Assembly: GCA_964354405.1 (NCBI GenBank) | Contig: CAYGZP010000001.1 | Span: 210,879-274,878 of the forward strand | Length of the DNA: 64,000 nt | Direction of reading: 5' to 3' | Origin: Candidatus Woesearchaeota archaeon | GTDB taxonomy: Archaea > Nanobdellota > Nanobdellia > Pacearchaeales > UBA284 | Part shown: in pieces, positions 26,801-36,016 of the stretch | Numbering within the stretch: the first letter of the stretch is position 1 | Layout of the letters: every line of letters starts with the position of its first letter | The notes under the pieces: model-generated | The model's input: only the letters and a program-made list of their open reading frames with translations | The model's database searches: none | What the model was told of the DNA's origin: nothing | Program-made: the position numbers and the translations under genes

Positions 26801-29711
26801 TCGTGAAATTCGCGCCATTCCAATCAAGGATTGCAGTATTAACTGCAACATTGTCTGTGATAGTTGTGTTGACATACACATAATTGACATTAACAGTTGA
26901 ACCATTTGCTGGCGTCGGAGGCACAAAGATTATTGTAGGTGGCTCGATGTCCCCAGTTGTGGTTACAGTTATATTATAGACTCTGTCGAACGAACTTCCG
27001 CCTTGCTGGCAAGTTGTGGTAACCGTTATGTCTGAGATTCCAACTGCCGCAGCAGTCACGTTCCACTGTGTCACAACTGTAGTGCCATTAGCAATATTTC
27101 CTAAGACATTTACTGGCTGAGGAGTTGTTAAAACAGTTCCATTTGAAAAAATTATAGTTGCATTGCAGTCAATGACATCTGCGCCGACTGCAGTGATATT
27201 TGCTTCTGTCAAGAAAATCTGCGTTAAATTGAAAACATCATTATCATTAGGATAAGTTATTATTGTTGTAGTATTGCCTGCCCCCGGAGCTGTTTGCACA
27301 AAGAAGCTTGTTGTCTCAGTTATATTCCAGTTATTGCTTGTATCATTTGCAAAGATTCTTACATTGTATGATCCGATTTGGGATGTGTCTGAAAAGCCAT
27401 ATAAGTATTGTTCAAGAATCATTCCAGGAGCCATTGTAAAATTCAATGCAGTTGTATTAGGATAAGTTACTTGTGCTAAAACAGTGTCAACAGCAACATT
27501 ATCTCTAGCAAATGCTTCAAGAGTTGTCATATCTGATTGATTGATTATATTTGGAGTTGCGCTGACATTCCAGACTTCAGGAGGAATTGTATCCGGTCCA
27601 GTAACATTTGTTACATTCACCCAGAATGTTTCAGAACTTGTAGAATAATTTTGTGTTTCAGGATATAATGCAGTGAAATTATGCAATCCTGGCAATGGGA
27701 AACTTGTAACATAAGTTACAGTGTAATTGCCCGCAGTGATATATTGCCCGTCCATGTAAAGCCATATGTCATAAAGCTGGGGCTGTGGAACAGGAACGCT
27801 TGCCATGCCGCTTTGATTAGTATTTACATAAAATGGGATAAGTAAATAACCCGTTGCATTAACAATCTCACTTATATTTACTGTTATATTATTGCGGATG
27901 TCATTTAATCTTAATTCAACTAGTGAAGCAGCCTTGCTTACATTCAAAACATTTGCAACAGTTGCCGCACTCCAATTTTGAGTTTGGGCAGCACTGCAAT
28001 TATAATTATATAAACCCGCAGCAAAAACATTGACATCTGGATTGCTGACAGGCAATCCATTTCTTGTGAGAGTTATTGAAACTTCATTGTTATTCGCAGT
28101 GCATGAAACATTTGTTTGTATTGGATAAACTACATTCCATCCTGGAATTGCAGTCAATGTTAACACTGTCCGCGCCAATTCAATCACATAAGTTGCGTTT
28201 ACGCTCGCAGCAGTATAATTCTGGGTTTCAGTAACATTGCAAGTGTAATTATAACCCAAAGGATTTGCTGCCAAAGTCACAGGCAATCCATTTTCCAAGT
28301 CAACATTCAAGTCATCACGCCACATTCTTGCTGGTGCTTCAGGATTAGTGCAAGAACACCATGCAATAAAAGGTTGTAAGTCATAAGTTATTGGTGAAGG
28401 CGGTTCAAAAAACAAGTCACATGTCGCATTTATTTTTCCTGTCACATTCAACCATCTTGTAATGCTTTGTTCTGTATAATTTTGTGATTGAGGATAATAA
28501 TAAGTGTAATTATAATACCCTTGAGGTAATGTAGCTATTTCAGTTGCAGGTGAGCCTGTTGCAACAATTTGGTTATCTCTATAAAGTGTTGCCCCAGCAA
28601 CCCCTTCATTTATCATAAGCCATCCAGTTGCATTAGTCTGAATTCCAAAAGGTACAGTCAGATCTTGCTCTTGGCCATTCAATGCCAAATGTATAGTATG
28701 ATTTGCTATGTTTACAATGTAAACTGCTGTAGTGCTCGCATTCCAATAATTTTGAGTCCGAGTCACATTACATTCATAATTATAAATCCCAGCCCCTAAC
28801 AAAATAAATTGATTATTCTCACTATCAATATTTAAACCATCTCTCCATAAGCGGGCTGGAGCTTCAGGGTTAGTGCATCTGCATGAAGCATTCATCAAAG
28901 TTCCATAAGTTATAGGGCTCGAAGGATTAAAATTCAAATAACAAGTTGAATTTAACAAAACATTGATTACAGTTACGTTCCAAGCAACCGTGGCTACTCC
29001 GCCCCTGCCATCGTGGACAATAACATAGACATCGTGAAAGCCAGAAGCATTGAAATCAGGATTGTAATCATAACTTGAAGTGGTTGAGACTTGATTGCTG
29101 TCTAACTTCCATATATAATATAATGGATCATTGTTTGGATCGTGAGCCCAAACTTGGAAATGTAAGGTTTCATTCTCATTGACATCAGGAGTCAAATCCT
29201 GAGGAACATAACTATCAATTATAGGATTTTGATTCAATCCGTCGAATCTTATTGTTATAGTATCGGATTGGACAAGATGATTTCCCAAGTCCATTGTTGT
29301 TGAATAATAAGAATGAGTCGTGTTCTGGGTTTCTGTTTTGACTTTCACGAAAGTGCAGGTTGTCTGGCCGTAGCAATCCTTGTAACCCCATTCTTGATTG
29401 TCTTCATAAATCCTTATCCATCTTATTCCCGCATTGTCAAGATAATCTGTAGCTATTGCAGTCAACACAGCAGTAGTATTAGTATGTAAGGTGTTAGAAT
29501 AGAATTGCAATGTTGGAGGAGGATCAATAAACTCGCCGTAACCATCTCCAGGAGCAATATCCCCGGGATTGCCAATGCCTGGGTGTGTTATAGGCAAGGT
29601 TGGTTGTGGTTGTTCAGGCGATATGCCCGGAGCAAAAAATCCTGTAAGCAATACTGGCAAAATTATGAATAAAGGAATCAACCCTAAAATCAATCTCGCT
29701 TTTTTGTTCAT
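23892..29711 (-). CDS. Giant (1939 aa) secreted multi-Ig-like-domain surface glycoprotein
   Basis: Signal peptide; internal repeats (SPITY...CTNPEAPAR.WRD x2, HLALNG, ANDTSNNWN x2); very many NxS/T sequons. Confidence 0.85.
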   Translation of the reverse strand: MNKKARLILGLIPLFIILPVLLTGFFAPGISPEQPQPTLPITHPGIGNPGDIAPGDGYGEFIDPPPTLQFYSNTLHTNTTAVLTAIATDYLDNAGIRWIRIYEDNQEWGYKDCYGQTTCTFVKVKTETQNTTHSYYSTTMDLGNHLVQSDTITIRFDGLNQNPIIDSYVPQDLTPDVNENETLHFQVWAHDPNNDPLYYIWKLDSNQVSTTSSYDYNPDFNASGFHDVYVIVHDGRGGVATVAWNVTVINVLLNSTCYLNFNPSSPITYGTLMNASCRCTNPEAPARLWRDGLNIDSENNQFILLGAGIYNYECNVTRTQNYWNASTTAVYIVNIANHTIHLALNGQEQDLTVPFGIQTNATGWLMINEGVAGATLYRDNQIVATGSPATEIATLPQGYYNYTYYYPQSQNYTEQSITRWLNVTGKINATCDLFFEPPSPITYDLQPFIAWCSCTNPEAPARMWRDDLNVDLENGLPVTLAANPLGYNYTCNVTETQNYTAASVNATYVIELARTVLTLTAIPGWNVVYPIQTNVSCTANNNEVSITLTRNGLPVSNPDVNVFAAGLYNYNCSAAQTQNWSAATVANVLNVSKAASLVELRLNDIRNNITVNISEIVNATGYLLIPFYVNTNQSGMASVPVPQPQLYDIWLYMDGQYITAGNYTVTYVTSFPLPGLHNFTALYPETQNYSTSSETFWVNVTNVTGPDTIPPEVWNVSATPNIINQSDMTTLEAFARDNVAVDTVLAQVTYPNTTALNFTMAPGMILEQYLYGFSDTSQIGSYNVRIFANDTSNNWNITETTSFFVQTAPGAGNTTTIITYPNDNDVFNLTQIFLTEANITAVGADVIDCNATIIFSNGTVLTTPQPVNVLGNIANGTTVVTQWNVTAAAVGISDITVTTTCQQGGSSFDRVYNITVTTTGDIEPPTIIFVPPTPANGSTVNVNYVYVNTTITDNVAVNTAILDWNGANFTMAGAEPNYYLNVTGLADGLYIYRVHANDTSNNWNVSETRYVTVNTSITNLPPVVMLVSPLDGTLFNVSDVDVTYNVTDDSAILLTCDVYSNTSGLWQVDGTQVVINATSSTFSYTNLSNGVYLWNAECADEINQRAFAPQNWTFIVNTSAPIIHDVGIDMNYSNSINGIRISYNGTPIMTDPATLNLSRVYELRARVNNYGTQPETVNNTYYLVNSTNRYVLYTEQLIVVVFTYPTYNWNVTGIAPGQYDILLNTTIIGFTDRNLTDNERNRTINVIQEVVNDTIAPWYLNEQVSPASPTVYGSGPYNFSIEWQDNVAVAQVWFEFDNVNYTPTCIPAMPTADTNCSYVFTDLAAGTHAYRWYARDPSNNRNQTSLLNYVITQANITNFLHLALNGSESNLTVIYPTTTNATGWSDLNVLSIVYNLYRNNAQVVSGDPASDIRVLGAGVYNYVYNTTGNQNYSAGTTPIRTLTVNQATTILNLTSIPSWNVTVGTQTNVSCSANNNEVFLTLYRNLTLVASGYNLISNVATLPVGNYTYVCNTTGSQNWTAASVTNTLIVSSLLPGDIHLWLNGTEGNLTVLYTNTSLKFNASTLYGNVTIYRNGSLIAGPALGYVETFNNLAAGFYEIRAQSTGDVNHSTASVTYFLTINKANSSLTLYLNGSNSDITIMEGQAVNHTAVLNVPSSGSLILYRNGTQFGSGNSPLTVVSVYNNPTYYNITAFYNESENYSSASATHFITVLQAIHDVSVDNMWEVKINGRDNRTVYLNDLLNVSATVSNRGNINESSILVNFTDTYIVGSNPVTVTIGTQTISLANGSSQVVSFNYNALPKGTHTLRIKATVAGDSNPSNDFQTLDLPVWSVYDIVSIDTREIFIDNQNPSLNTLFNVYLPIQNTFTNQVFYDFPTLLTITPNNLLPLDPVQSYTLLPQGGFIVVSWRVNATTLGLHNVGAIEGVSELTIPSKPVTVV

Positions 29712-29764
29712 TTTTTACTTTATTTTATTTTAGTGTATTTATTTTAATCTGAAAACTCATAAAA

Positions 29765-31402
29765 TTAATCTGAAAATCTGAAGCTTGCCTCTGCCCCCAA
29801 TTTCCATGCGTTCCTGTCCCCTTCTATATTCTGTCTTTCATAGAAAATATTTCCATCAACAGTTTTATTGCCACCGCCCAAATAGAATTTCTTGTGATCC
29901 CTTACAAGTATAATGCCTCCTCTTGCTTTCCATTCACCTAAAGCAGAATAGCCCAATTCGCCATTGAATTTCCAGTAACCTTGTCTGCCTCCGACCTTTT
30001 CAAAATCAACAGAAGCATAAGGTCCGTAAAGTTTATCTGCAAGCTCTAAAGCTCTGTAACCTTGTATTAGTTCTTTTTGCTTATCATTTTTTGAAACATC
30101 TCTTGAAAGCTCTTCTTTTTCTTTCAAATATCCTGTCAGCTCTTCAGCAAATTTTAAAGGCAATTGTTCACAAGCCAAAACAGTTCCGAATCCGAAAGAG
30201 CTGTTATTTACTTGGGCATTCAAAGCATTAGTGAAATTTCCAATGTTATAACTCAATTGGTTTTTCAAAGCCCATTCTTTTGAATTGAAAAATGCCTTGT
30301 CGAAATATAATCTGTCATTCACTTTTCCTTTGCTCAAGCCAATCAAGAAACTTAACAAATCTGTGTTGACTTGCGCCCTGCTGTGATATCTTGAGGTTTG
30401 TACAGATTCAGAATGCATTGAAACAGGGATGGTGTCAACATAAGTGCTGTTGTTTCCATATACTGTCACAATAGTTCTTCCATTAGCATCTGTAGTGATA
30501 TAAGTTCTATTTCTCAAATCATTTTCAACAATATGATTCTGTAATATAGCTCCTGCCCCAAGTTCCCAATTCTTTAATTGATGTTGGTAGAAAAATCTCC
30601 AGAAATTCTCTTGAACTTTATTTTTAGAATCTGTTTCATTGTTTGTCAAGACTCTTGTGATCAAGTCTGTGTTAGTTACAACGACAAGTCCTTGATCTGT
30701 GTAAGTGGAATCTCTGTAACTTTCCATGAAATCGTCTAAGGTGATTATTTTACTGTTTGAATTGTGATTATTGCTGCCAAACTGTATTGAAGTTTTATTT
30801 TTCTTCCCGAGAATTGCGGTGCCCAATCCCAAAAATTTTCCGACATCTTCTCTTGTTTCATCAGAAGTCTGGATATCTTGGCTATTTATCCAAGATATGC
30901 CGTTTTGAATAGGAATAATCCTATTTTCTGAACTTGTTAAGGTGTCTAAATTTCTATAATCGTTCCTAGAAAGTTCGGCGCTTGGTTCTATTGCTAAACC
31001 TTTGCTTTTGATACTTAATGCAGCTCCGGCCTTGGCACTTTGTTCAATGCTGCCCATATTATTATCATCTCTTACATTTTCAAGTTCAAAATAAGGAACA
31101 GCGCTGATGTCTGCATAAGGGGCTTTCGTTAAAATTCTTCCGCTAAGTCCGTAACCTCCGATTCCTAAACCATTATTTCCAAAATAATACTTACCTGTAA
31201 AAAAAGAATACGCATCTTTTGTTTTGCCTGTTTTATCATCGTTGCCTGGCTTGTTGCCTGACACCTTCCCTACAGGCAACACTACAGAACTAGTGTCTTT
31301 AGTATTTTTCTTAAAATCATCGAAAACGCTGACATCAGACACTTTAACATCTGGTGCCTGAGTAATTAGCTGCAAAATAAACAACGCTTCTCCTATTACC
31401 AT
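29765..31402 (-). CDS. Hypothetical beta-strand-rich protein
   Basis: 545-aa ORF with alternating polar/apolar strands. Confidence 0.7.
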   Translation of the reverse strand: MVIGEALFILQLITQAPDVKVSDVSVFDDFKKNTKDTSSVVLPVGKVSGNKPGNDDKTGKTKDAYSFFTGKYYFGNNGLGIGGYGLSGRILTKAPYADISAVPYFELENVRDDNNMGSIEQSAKAGAALSIKSKGLAIEPSAELSRNDYRNLDTLTSSENRIIPIQNGISWINSQDIQTSDETREDVGKFLGLGTAILGKKNKTSIQFGSNNHNSNSKIITLDDFMESYRDSTYTDQGLVVVTNTDLITRVLTNNETDSKNKVQENFWRFFYQHQLKNWELGAGAILQNHIVENDLRNRTYITTDANGRTIVTVYGNNSTYVDTIPVSMHSESVQTSRYHSRAQVNTDLLSFLIGLSKGKVNDRLYFDKAFFNSKEWALKNQLSYNIGNFTNALNAQVNNSSFGFGTVLACEQLPLKFAEELTGYLKEKEELSRDVSKNDKQKELIQGYRALELADKLYGPYASVDFEKVGGRQGYWKFNGELGYSALGEWKARGGIILVRDHKKFYLGGGNKTVDGNIFYERQNIEGDRNAWKLGAEASFRFSD

Positions 31403-31545
31403 TCTTTCCTTAGCCTAAAATTCATAATCATTTAGATTATTTATTATTTACTATATTTTTACTACTCAAAAGGTATTTAAATCTTTCTTTTGTCGAAACA
31501 ATAAAGTAGTGACAAGTTGGTGGTGAAAATCACAAAGTAAATAAA

Positions 31546-33009
31546 ATGTTCTTTCTAATTTTAGTGATGAAAATAGTTTATTTAGTGCTTTTTCTGCTCG
31601 TCATCTCAATAATCTCTTTTTCAAATGTTTCTGCTATAATAATAAATGAAATAATGTATAATCCTAATCAATGCAGTGACGATTATTGCGAATGGATAGA
31701 GTTATATAATCCAACAAACGAATCAATAAATTTAACCGGTTGGAAAATCTCCGACATGAATTCTAATTTATCTATAGAATATAATCATAGTATTACTTTT
31801 ATTAATCAAACTAACATTTCAGCTAATGGATATTTTATACTTGCAAGAAATCCTTCTAACTTTTCATATTATTGGGAAGTTTCTTGTCCTATTGCAAAAT
31901 TCAGTACAAGTGGTTTGAATAATGACCAAGAAATAATAAGAATTTATTCTGCTAACAGTTTTTTGATTGATGAAGTTTATTATGATAATTCAATAGGCGC
32001 AGACGGCGATGGCAAAAGTTTACAATTGTGTAATAGTTCCTTCATCCCAAATATTCCAACGCCAGGCTCGGAAAACAATTGTTCGCAAGGTGGAAATGAG
32101 CCTCCGCCGCAACAGCAAGAGTCTTTCATAAAAATTACTGACTCGCCAAACGACGCTAAATTCGGCGAAGAGATTGATATTGAGCTTGAAATTTACAGGG
32201 GCAACACATCGAAATATGCCGTGTATATTTATGTTGAAGATGAAGATGGAAGAGATGTCAGCGAGAAAATCTCTTTGCATTGCGATGATAAATTTACTAA
32301 TTACACAGAACAAATTTCCTTGGAACTTGATTGCAAGGATGAACAAGGAGATTACATTATAGTTGCGGAAGGTTTGAATGAGCGCGATGAAGAAGAAATT
32401 GAGATAGCATCTTGTCATGATATTCAAGAAGAGGAGAATGCGAGTGGGGAAGAGGTAGGAAGCGAGGGGGTTACAATCGGAGATTTTACTTATGCTTTAA
32501 CAATCCCGAACACAATTTATGTTGGAGAGAAATTCCAGATTCAGGCAAGTATAGCGAGCCAGGCAGAACAGGATCAAGAGTTTCTTGTATGGAGTTATGT
32601 CTATATCACAAGCAAGTGCTACTCGTGTTCTGGCGAGACTCGCGAGAGCAATGCAAAATCCATCATAGTTCCTTCTGGCGCGTCTACAGAAGTTGGGTTG
32701 GAAAATATTGTTCAAGAAGCTGAGCAAGGGATATATAAATTAAAAATAAAAATTCTGCAGCAAGGTTTGAAAACTCCAAAAGAATTCACTTATGATATTA
32801 ATATACTAAATAATCAAAACATTGATACCGAAGCAAACTCTCAACAGACAACAACACAAAATTCTACTGTCCCGACAACAACTTATGCAGCATATTCTAA
32901 AACATCAGAACAGCAATCAGAAAGTTTTTCATTCATGGAATTCGGGCCTTACATCCTAACTTCAATCGCTCTCCTTGCCGCGATATATCTAATTATCACA
33001 AAAATTTAA
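31546..33009 (+). CDS. Lamin-tail domain surface protein
   Basis: IIINEIMYNP...EWIELYNP...LTGWKI...LNN...PTPG; C-terminal TM; start may be 31567. Confidence 0.85.
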   Translation: MFFLILVMKIVYLVLFLLVISIISFSNVSAIIINEIMYNPNQCSDDYCEWIELYNPTNESINLTGWKISDMNSNLSIEYNHSITFINQTNISANGYFILARNPSNFSYYWEVSCPIAKFSTSGLNNDQEIIRIYSANSFLIDEVYYDNSIGADGDGKSLQLCNSSFIPNIPTPGSENNCSQGGNEPPPQQQESFIKITDSPNDAKFGEEIDIELEIYRGNTSKYAVYIYVEDEDGRDVSEKISLHCDDKFTNYTEQISLELDCKDEQGDYIIVAEGLNERDEEEIEIASCHDIQEEENASGEEVGSEGVTIGDFTYALTIPNTIYVGEKFQIQASIASQAEQDQEFLVWSYVYITSKCYSCSGETRESNAKSIIVPSGASTEVGLENIVQEAEQGIYKLKIKILQQGLKTPKEFTYDINILNNQNIDTEANSQQTTTQNSTVPTTTYAAYSKTSEQQSESFSFMEFGPYILTSIALLAAIYLIITKI

Positions 33010-33033
33010 AAACAAGGGACACAAGAGCTTATC

Positions 33034-33552
33034 ATGGACAAAAGAGAAATAAAAGAAAAAATCACGAAGGGATGGCTTAGGGCGCATCTTGTCATAGAAG
33101 TACTTGGAAAGCCTGCGAATTATATAGAAGAATCCCTTAACATGGCAATAGATAATCTTGAGCAGGGCAAAAAAGCCGAAGTTCTCGAAAAAAAAGTCCA
33201 TCCTGCAAAGCTCGTTCCAAACGCAAAAGAAGTTTTCACAACTTTCGCTGAAGTCGAAATTCTCACGCAGGATATGGGCAAATTGATAGAGATTATTTTT
33301 GATTACATGCCAAGCTCTGTCGAGATAGTTGAGCCTTCAAACTTTGCAATGAAACTCGAGGATGCTAATGCTGTATTAAACGATTTGATTGGAAGACTGC
33401 ATCAATACGATGCCATAGTCAAACAGCTAAGGATAAAGTTCGAGATACTTGCAAATAAGTTCAAAGAGATAGAAGCTCAGAGCAAGGGAGAAAAAGGCGA
33501 TAAAGAAGGCGAGAAAGAAAAGAAAGAGGATAAAAAAGAAAAAAAGAAGTAA
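33034..33552 (+). CDS. Hypothetical protein
   Basis: IEVLGKP...FDYMPSSVEIVEP; function not recognised. Confidence 0.75.
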   Translation: MDKREIKEKITKGWLRAHLVIEVLGKPANYIEESLNMAIDNLEQGKKAEVLEKKVHPAKLVPNAKEVFTTFAEVEILTQDMGKLIEIIFDYMPSSVEIVEPSNFAMKLEDANAVLNDLIGRLHQYDAIVKQLRIKFEILANKFKEIEAQSKGEKGDKEGEKEKKEDKKEKKK

Positions 33553-33563
33553 TTTAAATTAAC

Positions 33564-35978
33564 TTACAATCTGCTTATACTAGGAGCTCGCTGAAATCTT
33601 TTTTCATATTGTTTTGATGTCTCTTCCAAGAACTCTTTCATCTCTTTTTTTGGCTTTTTTCTTAATAAATAAAATACTACAAGTAAGACTACTATAACTA
33701 TGAACACGATAATTAACGCGACAATAGTCCCCGGAGCTTCTTTCTTTTTACAGTTGCTTGATGGGATGCAACATGCGAAACTATCGCTCGATGTTGTAAC
33801 ATTTACCTTGCATATCTCATTATCAGCGCATATTTTGCCCCCCATGTCGCTGCAGTTCTTTTCTTCGACTTCTCCAGGGGTTATTTCAATATCAATAGGG
33901 ATTTCTGTGTTTATCTCCTCTCCCTTGTAATCTGCTTTTGCTGTAATCTCTCCGCTGTATGTTCCAGAGCTTGTAGGTGCGAAATATATTGTGATTGTTT
34001 TTGCGCTGTCTTTGGCAAGAGTCTTGATTGTATTGGGTTCGATTCTTATTGTGCCTCCCATTAATATGAGCGAGGAACTGTAACTTAATGAGACATCTTC
34101 CAAGTCTTCATCAAGGTCATTGGCCAGTCTTATAGTTACTGTAAATGATTCGCCAGCTTCCACTTCTTTGATTATATTTTTTTCTACGAATTTGAAATTC
34201 TTCAACAGGCTCTCGTTTATCTCGGCAGTCTCATTCTCAAGCTCTTGAGTTCCATTGATTATTTCCTGCTGTTCAGATTCATTTATTTCTTCTTCACTTG
34301 CATTGATTGAGCCGTTCAATTGCTCTTGAGAGGATTTCTGCGTGAAAATCAATAAAGGAACATTATAACTAAAAGTTTTTTCAGAATTTTTTGCCTGATA
34401 ATTCAAAGCGAGCGTTTCAATTATAGCTCTTCCGTCAACTGTAGTGAGCAAAGGAACATTGAATTTAATATTTTTCATCGAATTTGCCTTTAGCTCAATT
34501 GCATTTGTAGAGTTTAGCAAGTTTGCATTTATCGAAATATTTTGCAGTCCTTTATTCTGCAGTATCAAATCAAAACTTCCTAAGCTTTGTGTTTTTATTA
34601 TCCCAGGCCATATCGCGAGAAGAGGCTCGATGTCTTTTTCTTGGAATGCAAATGCCAATATTGTCGCTTTGTCTTTCATGCTCGCTGAATTGAATTGATT
34701 AATGAGCCAGTTCTCCCCCAGCTCTATCGCAAGAATTGTTTGAGTTGTCTCATTTTCATTGCCCGCATAATTTTTCAGAGCAAACAAAGCTATTGAGCTT
34801 GATTTAATGTCCGGCTGATAAACTCCGGATTTAGGCCACCATCCATTTCCTGTTTGTGAGTTAAGAAGCCATGCAAGCTCATTTGAATCTCTTGTTATAT
34901 AATAAGCTGCGGCTTTATCATCAACAGAAGCTGCATTTCTTGCGAGCCATGACAATGCTGAAAGATGCCCGGTGTCTAGCGAATTGAACTTTCCAGTTTT
35001 TGCCAAAGTTAATAACGAGTAAGTTGTAGCTTCATTGTCGCATTTCACAAAAACATCGCTTAAGCTCGGAGCAAAGCACCCATTATTATTTAGCGAGATT
35101 CCTTCTGGTAGGAGAATGAAATCTTTTGAAAATTGTTTGTAAGAATAAATCAACTTGCCAACAACTCCCACACAGTCTGTCTTCACACTTATTGTTCCAG
35201 TTGTAAAATTACCAAAATTCAAGTCAAGAACATTCAATCCCGAGACTAAGGATAAGTTAGATGTTTCATTATTGATTAACAAGTTGCATTCCTGGGAAGA
35301 GGATGAGGTCAACTGCAATTTCCACAAGCCTTTATTAACATAATTTTGAGAAGCTTCAAGTGAATCAAGCATTCTCTGTCTCAACAAACTGTCTTTGAAA
35401 GCCATCATCGTCATCGAGTTTAGTTTTGTGCTACAGTTTGTGTTCACACATGAGTTTTGTCGCTCAACGAACTTTGTCAAAGCCTGTTCTTGGATTTCAG
35501 AATCATGGGCAAGAGCCATTGCTCCAAGCAAATGTTCTTCTAAAGTCATTGTCGAGAATTTTCCACTTACAAGAGTTTTGAAATCTTGGTATTTAGAAGC
35601 AATACTTTGTTCTACTTTAAATGAGAGGGAGAAAACATAAAAACTTCCATCTTTGCAAGTTCCTCGAACCTTAATTGAATAATCTCCTGCATTATAAGGC
35701 AAATCAAACCACGAGAAATATTTCACTCCAGAAACTTTTGATATAAAGATGTTGACAGGAAGTTTCATATCGCCTTTGTAAAGAAAAACATCGCTTTGTG
35801 CGATGTCTCGCATTGTGTTTGTATCAATCTCAACTTGGACAGTTTCTTGAGGAATATAACTTATTTTGGCAAGTTTTAGCGAGATGCATTCGGTTGCGCT
35901 TACATCACCCCCAATTATTATAGTAAATATAATAACAAAAGATAACAATAACAAAACATTTGACCTCATTTTAATCAT
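33564..35978 (-). CDS. Membrane-anchored surface protein with alpha/alpha-toroid-like region and Cys motif
   Basis: Signal peptide, WLLNSQTGNGWW, CSDMGGKIC...CC, C-terminal TM. Confidence 0.75.
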   Translation of the reverse strand: MIKMRSNVLLLLSFVIIFTIIIGGDVSATECISLKLAKISYIPQETVQVEIDTNTMRDIAQSDVFLYKGDMKLPVNIFISKVSGVKYFSWFDLPYNAGDYSIKVRGTCKDGSFYVFSLSFKVEQSIASKYQDFKTLVSGKFSTMTLEEHLLGAMALAHDSEIQEQALTKFVERQNSCVNTNCSTKLNSMTMMAFKDSLLRQRMLDSLEASQNYVNKGLWKLQLTSSSSQECNLLINNETSNLSLVSGLNVLDLNFGNFTTGTISVKTDCVGVVGKLIYSYKQFSKDFILLPEGISLNNNGCFAPSLSDVFVKCDNEATTYSLLTLAKTGKFNSLDTGHLSALSWLARNAASVDDKAAAYYITRDSNELAWLLNSQTGNGWWPKSGVYQPDIKSSSIALFALKNYAGNENETTQTILAIELGENWLINQFNSASMKDKATILAFAFQEKDIEPLLAIWPGIIKTQSLGSFDLILQNKGLQNISINANLLNSTNAIELKANSMKNIKFNVPLLTTVDGRAIIETLALNYQAKNSEKTFSYNVPLLIFTQKSSQEQLNGSINASEEEINESEQQEIINGTQELENETAEINESLLKNFKFVEKNIIKEVEAGESFTVTIRLANDLDEDLEDVSLSYSSSLILMGGTIRIEPNTIKTLAKDSAKTITIYFAPTSSGTYSGEITAKADYKGEEINTEIPIDIEITPGEVEEKNCSDMGGKICADNEICKVNVTTSSDSFACCIPSSNCKKKEAPGTIVALIIVFIVIVVLLVVFYLLRKKPKKEMKEFLEETSKQYEKRFQRAPSISRL

Positions 35979-36016
35979 TCAACAAATAAAGAAAAAGGGA
36001 GTTAATAAATTTTTTC

